64,000 nt of DNA from Ostrea edulis (lineage: Eukaryota), in the NCBI RefSeq assembly GCF_947568905.1, contig NC_079170.1, forward strand, positions 36,022,001 to 36,086,000, read 5' to 3'. Under the pieces are notes generated by a model. That model was not told the DNA's origin. It searched no databases and saw only the letters and a program-made list of their open reading frames with translations. The position numbers and the translations under genes are program-made. Shown here piece after piece: positions 59,060 to 64,000 of this stretch (its first letter is position 1; each line of letters opens with the position of its first letter).

Positions 59060-61715
59060 CGATAAGTGACAATTACGAATAGTTATAAATCTCATGAATC
59101 CTTTTAAGAATACAAAATAAAAGTGGGGCAAACACAGACCCCTGGAAATTTCAGAGGTGAGATCAGGTGCTTAGGACAAGTATTCATTCCTTGTTCACCC
59201 GCCACACCCGCCGTAAACCCTATATCTTGCTTGGGTAAAGGGAGTGATACGTAGTTAAGAATGGTATGTAAAGAAAGGCCTACAATTTCTGATCAAATAC
59301 GTCATTCGGTTAAAGATAGTAGGTTTTATTGCAAATGAGATCTCATTATAACTACCATATAATTTGCAAAATACTGACTTTACACAATACTGTTGAAATC
59401 CCTGAAACGTAAGTCTTTCTTGTCAGTAGCCTGTTTTGTCTGAACATTTGATCATCTGCAGAATATGCTTTCGCGTATCGAATCAGGTGAGTTATAAACA
59501 CTATATTGCTACAGTAGTATGAGAAGTGGATGATGGATCCTGTTTGTCATAAAGGTACATATATGAGCAATAAAATATCAAAATAAGAGGTAGATCTGGA
59601 AGACTCTGTTGTGTCTTGAAATCTAGTTCACTGTATAGATATATGAATGAAAGTGAATTGTATTAATAAATAATGCATCATCGCTGTATTTTTATGTCGA
59701 ATTGAAGGTCACATCAAGATATATTCCTCTTCCAATCATTTATATATACGATGAACTGAATAAATTCTGCCACAAAAGAATACAAAAATAGGGCATATTA
59801 TAAAGGAAAGTAATTCCTATTTGGAAGAAATGATCTCCAAAGACTGTAGATATTGTCAATTAGAAACTATGTCTCTTTAGAATCACATTCACAGTATCCG
59901 TGTGGAGAATCATAGCTATTGATATAAGAGCTGGGTAAAACATGTACTGGATTATACAATGTATCTTTCTTTGTAAAGATTTTTGTTAAGTTTTGAAATC
60001 CACTATAGGAACGGTAATACTGAAGTATTAGATAAGTTTAAGATAGAAACGCGCTTGTTAAGAAGTGTGTCTTTAAAGGGAATTTGGGAGTATAATACTC
60101 TTCAGCTCTACATATAAATGATATATCTTGTGAGATATGTCATTATATCTCGTTATTTCTGGATGATGAATCATTTTGTGATTATTTTAAAATTGTCTCA
60201 ACTTGTTTTTTTTTTTTAGTAATAACCCAGCCTAGATATGTAGGAGTTATGAGATTGGTTACTGTTCGTTCTCTTCATCTTTCATACCAAAGGTGATTTT
60301 ATGGGCTTTAGACTTAATTTCTGGGAAAAAGTATTAGCTGATATTGCACCAGTAAAGATATCTCACCTTCCAGTAAATATCGGATTTCATACTGTACTGA
60401 TTATCATACCTGCAGAACTGCATTTATTCTAAGATTATTTTGATAACTATAGAACTGCAGGACTATCCCTTTGAATAAATTCCGATTGTCATCACAACTT
60501 TCCTTGGACAATAGAGACCTTATATATATGTGTGTTTTAGTAGCCGCCCAAAACCCTCTGAGTTCAAAATACTTAAAATATAATTTCCCTCAATATTCGT
60601 GTCGAGACATATCTTCAAACATCTACTAAAGACAGATTTGACCAGAAATCAAGTTTTACTGTATATATAGCCCTGTTACGATAAGTGAAATCGAAACCCG
60701 TTGATTTTCATTTTCAATTTTTTTTTACTTTCAACTTAAACTATTTATCTGGCAATATTCCATTATCACATACATATGGTGTTTATACTTCTCAACTGAT
60801 TCGATACACAAGAGCTTGTTCTGCTTGGTCTACAGTTTTTAAATCAAAGCAGGCTACTGACAAACACGTTAATGGTGCAGGAGTTCCAATAGTTTCATTT
60901 AAAGTTAGTATTTCACACATTTATGGTCGTTATAACGATCTAGTTTGCCAATACAACCTATCATTGGTTCAAATGCTACTCCGTTTACCTGATCAAGATA
61001 TAACGCTCAAGGCGGATGTGACCAGTCAACAAGTGATGCTTACTCCTTCTCGGGACCTGATCCTACCTCTGGTATATCCACGGGTCCGTGTTTGCCCAAC
61101 ACTTTATTTTGTATTGCTGAAATGTTTGAAATCCGAAATAACGATGAATTTGCTAGAGCTATTTAAGGGAAAACAGAATGCCAAAACGTGAAGTCAAATT
61201 CGTCTAAGCTTAATTTTGAAATGAATTCCTAAATTTTATCACGACAATTGTAAATATACATCCGTAAATTCAAGCTAGTAACGAAGTACTTCGCTACTGG
61301 GCTGTAGAGTCTATCTATATTTTGGATGAATACATTCCAGCTCGGTTTTGATTTTATAGATCAGTTAGGTTTGAAAACTCTGCATTTTACAGCTCTCTAC
61401 ATGTTACCTGATATACTTTTAGATACCAAAGAAAACATACGCGTCTAAAACAGTTATATACTTTTCATTACATATTCCACTTTTATTTGCTTGACTTGTA
61501 TTTATTTCTCGTGTTTTGTTTTGTTTTTTTTTTGTTTTTTTTGCATTTATAATACTTATTTTCATTTATTTAGCGATTTGATATACCGTGATGAAATCGA
61601 AAAACATGCACCATAGACTTTGATACCTCTTTCATGTTGAAAATAGATACTCCAAGCAAATTAACAATTGAACAAATGACAAACACGACGACATAAGGTT
61701 CTACTCTATCGTCAA

Positions 61716-61792
<77 letters not shown>

Positions 61793-63330
61793 CATATAGC
61801 ACATTTTCATTATCACCTGGAAATGGTGTTGATGTTACAGGTGTTTCAACAGTCTTGTTGAAAGTCAACACTACAAAATTCTATGTTTACTATAGCAATC
61901 TAATTTGCGAATAAAATTGTCATTAGATGGTGTGCTGTGTGATGTGTTTTATACAAATCATCGTTCTTTACAAAATGGTTTGACTAAAGATTACCCCGTT
62001 TACCTGATCAAGATATAGAGCCAATGATGGGTGAGAACGGTGAACAAGAGATGCTTACTCCTCCTAGGCATTTGAATCCACTATGTTCAGGAGGTCCGTT
62101 TCGCCCTTCATTTAATTTCATATTCTTTATAAGATTGTGAAATGGATCGCTATTCGGTATCGTCACCTTTTCATTGAATGTTTACTAGATTTGTTTTGGA
62201 AGAAACCTTAATCGCACATAAGGAAAACCATGTTACATTATGCATTTTCTGGCGTCATATGAAAATGTGAAGATAACGCAAATCCTATAAAAATATAAGA
62301 TGGAGAGAAGGTTAAAATTGATCCCCAGAAACAACAACTAATAATGGGAGAAAATAATTTAGGTACTTGTTGTTATATATGATAGAATAACAGATAACTG
62401 TCCCGCACAAACCATAAAGCTATTCCTTAAAGGCTCTCTACAGGTAGCTAAGAATATGTTGCTTTAATTTGCAAAGAACATTTCTTGTTTGTTTGGAATT
62501 GTAACAGTGGACATAAATTTGGGTTTTCTCACTAATGAAAATCATACTAGATTTAAAACAAGCATGAACATAAAATCGTCCTCCTGCACGGAAACTAAGT
62601 CTGCTGTAATTGTCCCCAGACAATACCAAGTGACGTATGGCAAGCGCCAATATCTCATAAAATCATCAAACACGATTTGATTCATGCTGGCGTAGAATAG
62701 CTGCGACGGTCTTTAGATTCAAAAGACTTATGATGTGTGTGGTTTAGAATTCCTGATGTGCAAAATGTCACACATTTATGAAGAATCTAATACCTCCTTG
62801 GTGTGCCTTGACATTTTGTCTTTGATTAGAATTTTCAAAGGTCTATCAAATAAAGATATATTAAAATTTCTATATTGATAAAAAAGGTGAAAATAATAAA
62901 CAATGAGTAACTTAATAAATCCTATAAATAGGGGAAAGTAAAAATAATTAAGCTAGTAAATCATATCAAGAAATTCAAAATTGAGAGTAAGGCAAACACA
63001 GACCCCTGGTGACGTCAGAGGTGGGTTCAGGTGCCTAGGAGGAATGAGAATTTCATGTTCATCATGATTCCTATATCGTGATCGGGTAAATGGAATGATC
63101 GTTCGTCAAAATTAGTAGGCAAATGAGGGTATAAAACTTGGAATGAAATAAGACAAACATTCTTCAATAAAAAGCGAAGATACCGAAGAGAGATCAGTCT
63201 CATAAATTCTATAAAGAATACAAAATTGGGAGTAGGGAAAACTTGGATATGCCAGAGGTAGGATCAGCTGCATGTGCCTAGGAAGAATAAGCATCTCGTG
63301 CTGACCGGTCACATCCGCCATGATCTGAGC
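59060..63330. mobile_element. Cluster of Penelope-like fragments: 59060-59560(-), RT remnant 59720-59880(-), 60225-60295(+), 60720-61118(+), 61795-62175(+), 62880-63110(-), 63165-63330(-)
   Basis: Family 3' UTR motifs and NIPLSHTYGVYTSQLIRYTRACS in ORF 60685-61191. Confidence 0.8.
61727..61788. repeat. Compound (CT)n(TA)n microsatellite
   Basis: Visible dinucleotide runs. Confidence 0.95.
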
Positions 63331-64000
63331 AATCTGCAGTAAATGACAGTGTCTTAGGAATGGTCTAACAATAATCTAATGACTGTTAAATAAGTACTAC
63401 AACGACTATACAATTTGCGATGTGTAGACATTAAACAGACAGTAAATAAAAAAAATTATGTTAAAATGAACAAAGATTTATTGAAATCTTAGCGATGGAG
63501 TAAGATACCTAGGAGGAAGGAACTTACATGCACATGTGAAAAATGGTTATCGATAACAGATTGGTGGTAAAGGAAAACGCAAGGACAACGAACAGTGATG
63601 AATTTCATAACGAAAAATAATTATTGTAATTAGTAAAATACACGTCACATAGCATTCGACTTAACGATAAGCTTTAATTGCAAATAAAGGAATTCAAACG
63701 GTCATAAAATCTTCGAAAAGCTAACTTTAAATAAGATTATTGAAACCCTTGTAACACTAAAGTATTTTCCTATTCCCATAGAAACATGGAATGGATTGTT
63801 ATTATTCTATCTGTATCTGCAGTTCATGGTGCTCCACATCAATTGTTGATTGCAATCATTTCACAAAGATACTGTCTAGATTTACAATTTCTTCCAATGG
63901 GCTGTAATCTCAAGTAAATTTTTGATATTTCGCGTCATGTTCAAATCATAAAAAAATGTCAGAGTTACAATTAAACACGATACGATTTCATCACAAATAG

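Noticed and set aside
60685-61191. 168-aa ORF as a host gene
   Set aside because: Frameshifted, internally deleted Penelope-like RT thumb plus 3' UTR.

Overview
AT-rich, intron-containing animal genomic DNA with two N-gaps; the repeat content looks like an ostreid oyster (inferred, not verified). I reconstructed five spliced genes by hand: (1) exon 1 of an SLC35E3 nucleotide-sugar transporter (-); (2) a CARD plus long coiled-coil protein (-, 5.8-9.7 kb); (3, 4) two divergently transcribed paralogs of an unrecognised secreted helical-domain family, gene A (-, two domains, 21.3-28.2 kb) and gene B (+, one domain, 30.0-34.1 kb); (5) a signal-peptide prohormone-like gene C (-, 34.6-35.3 kb). The rest is mostly mobile DNA: about 30 fragments of one Penelope-like retroelement family, three hammerhead ribozyme copies, a pol-less Gypsy element, a solo LTR, tRNA-head SINEs, MITEs and minisatellites. 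The most unusual observation is that three tandem arrays inside gene A are amplified copies of its own splice junctions: about 38 copies of the exon-4 donor, about 5 decayed copies of the exon-6 donor, and 22 copies of the last-exon acceptor, each followed by a short stop-terminated coding tail. All gene models rest on splice consensus, phase matching and paralog comparison; there is no transcript evidence.
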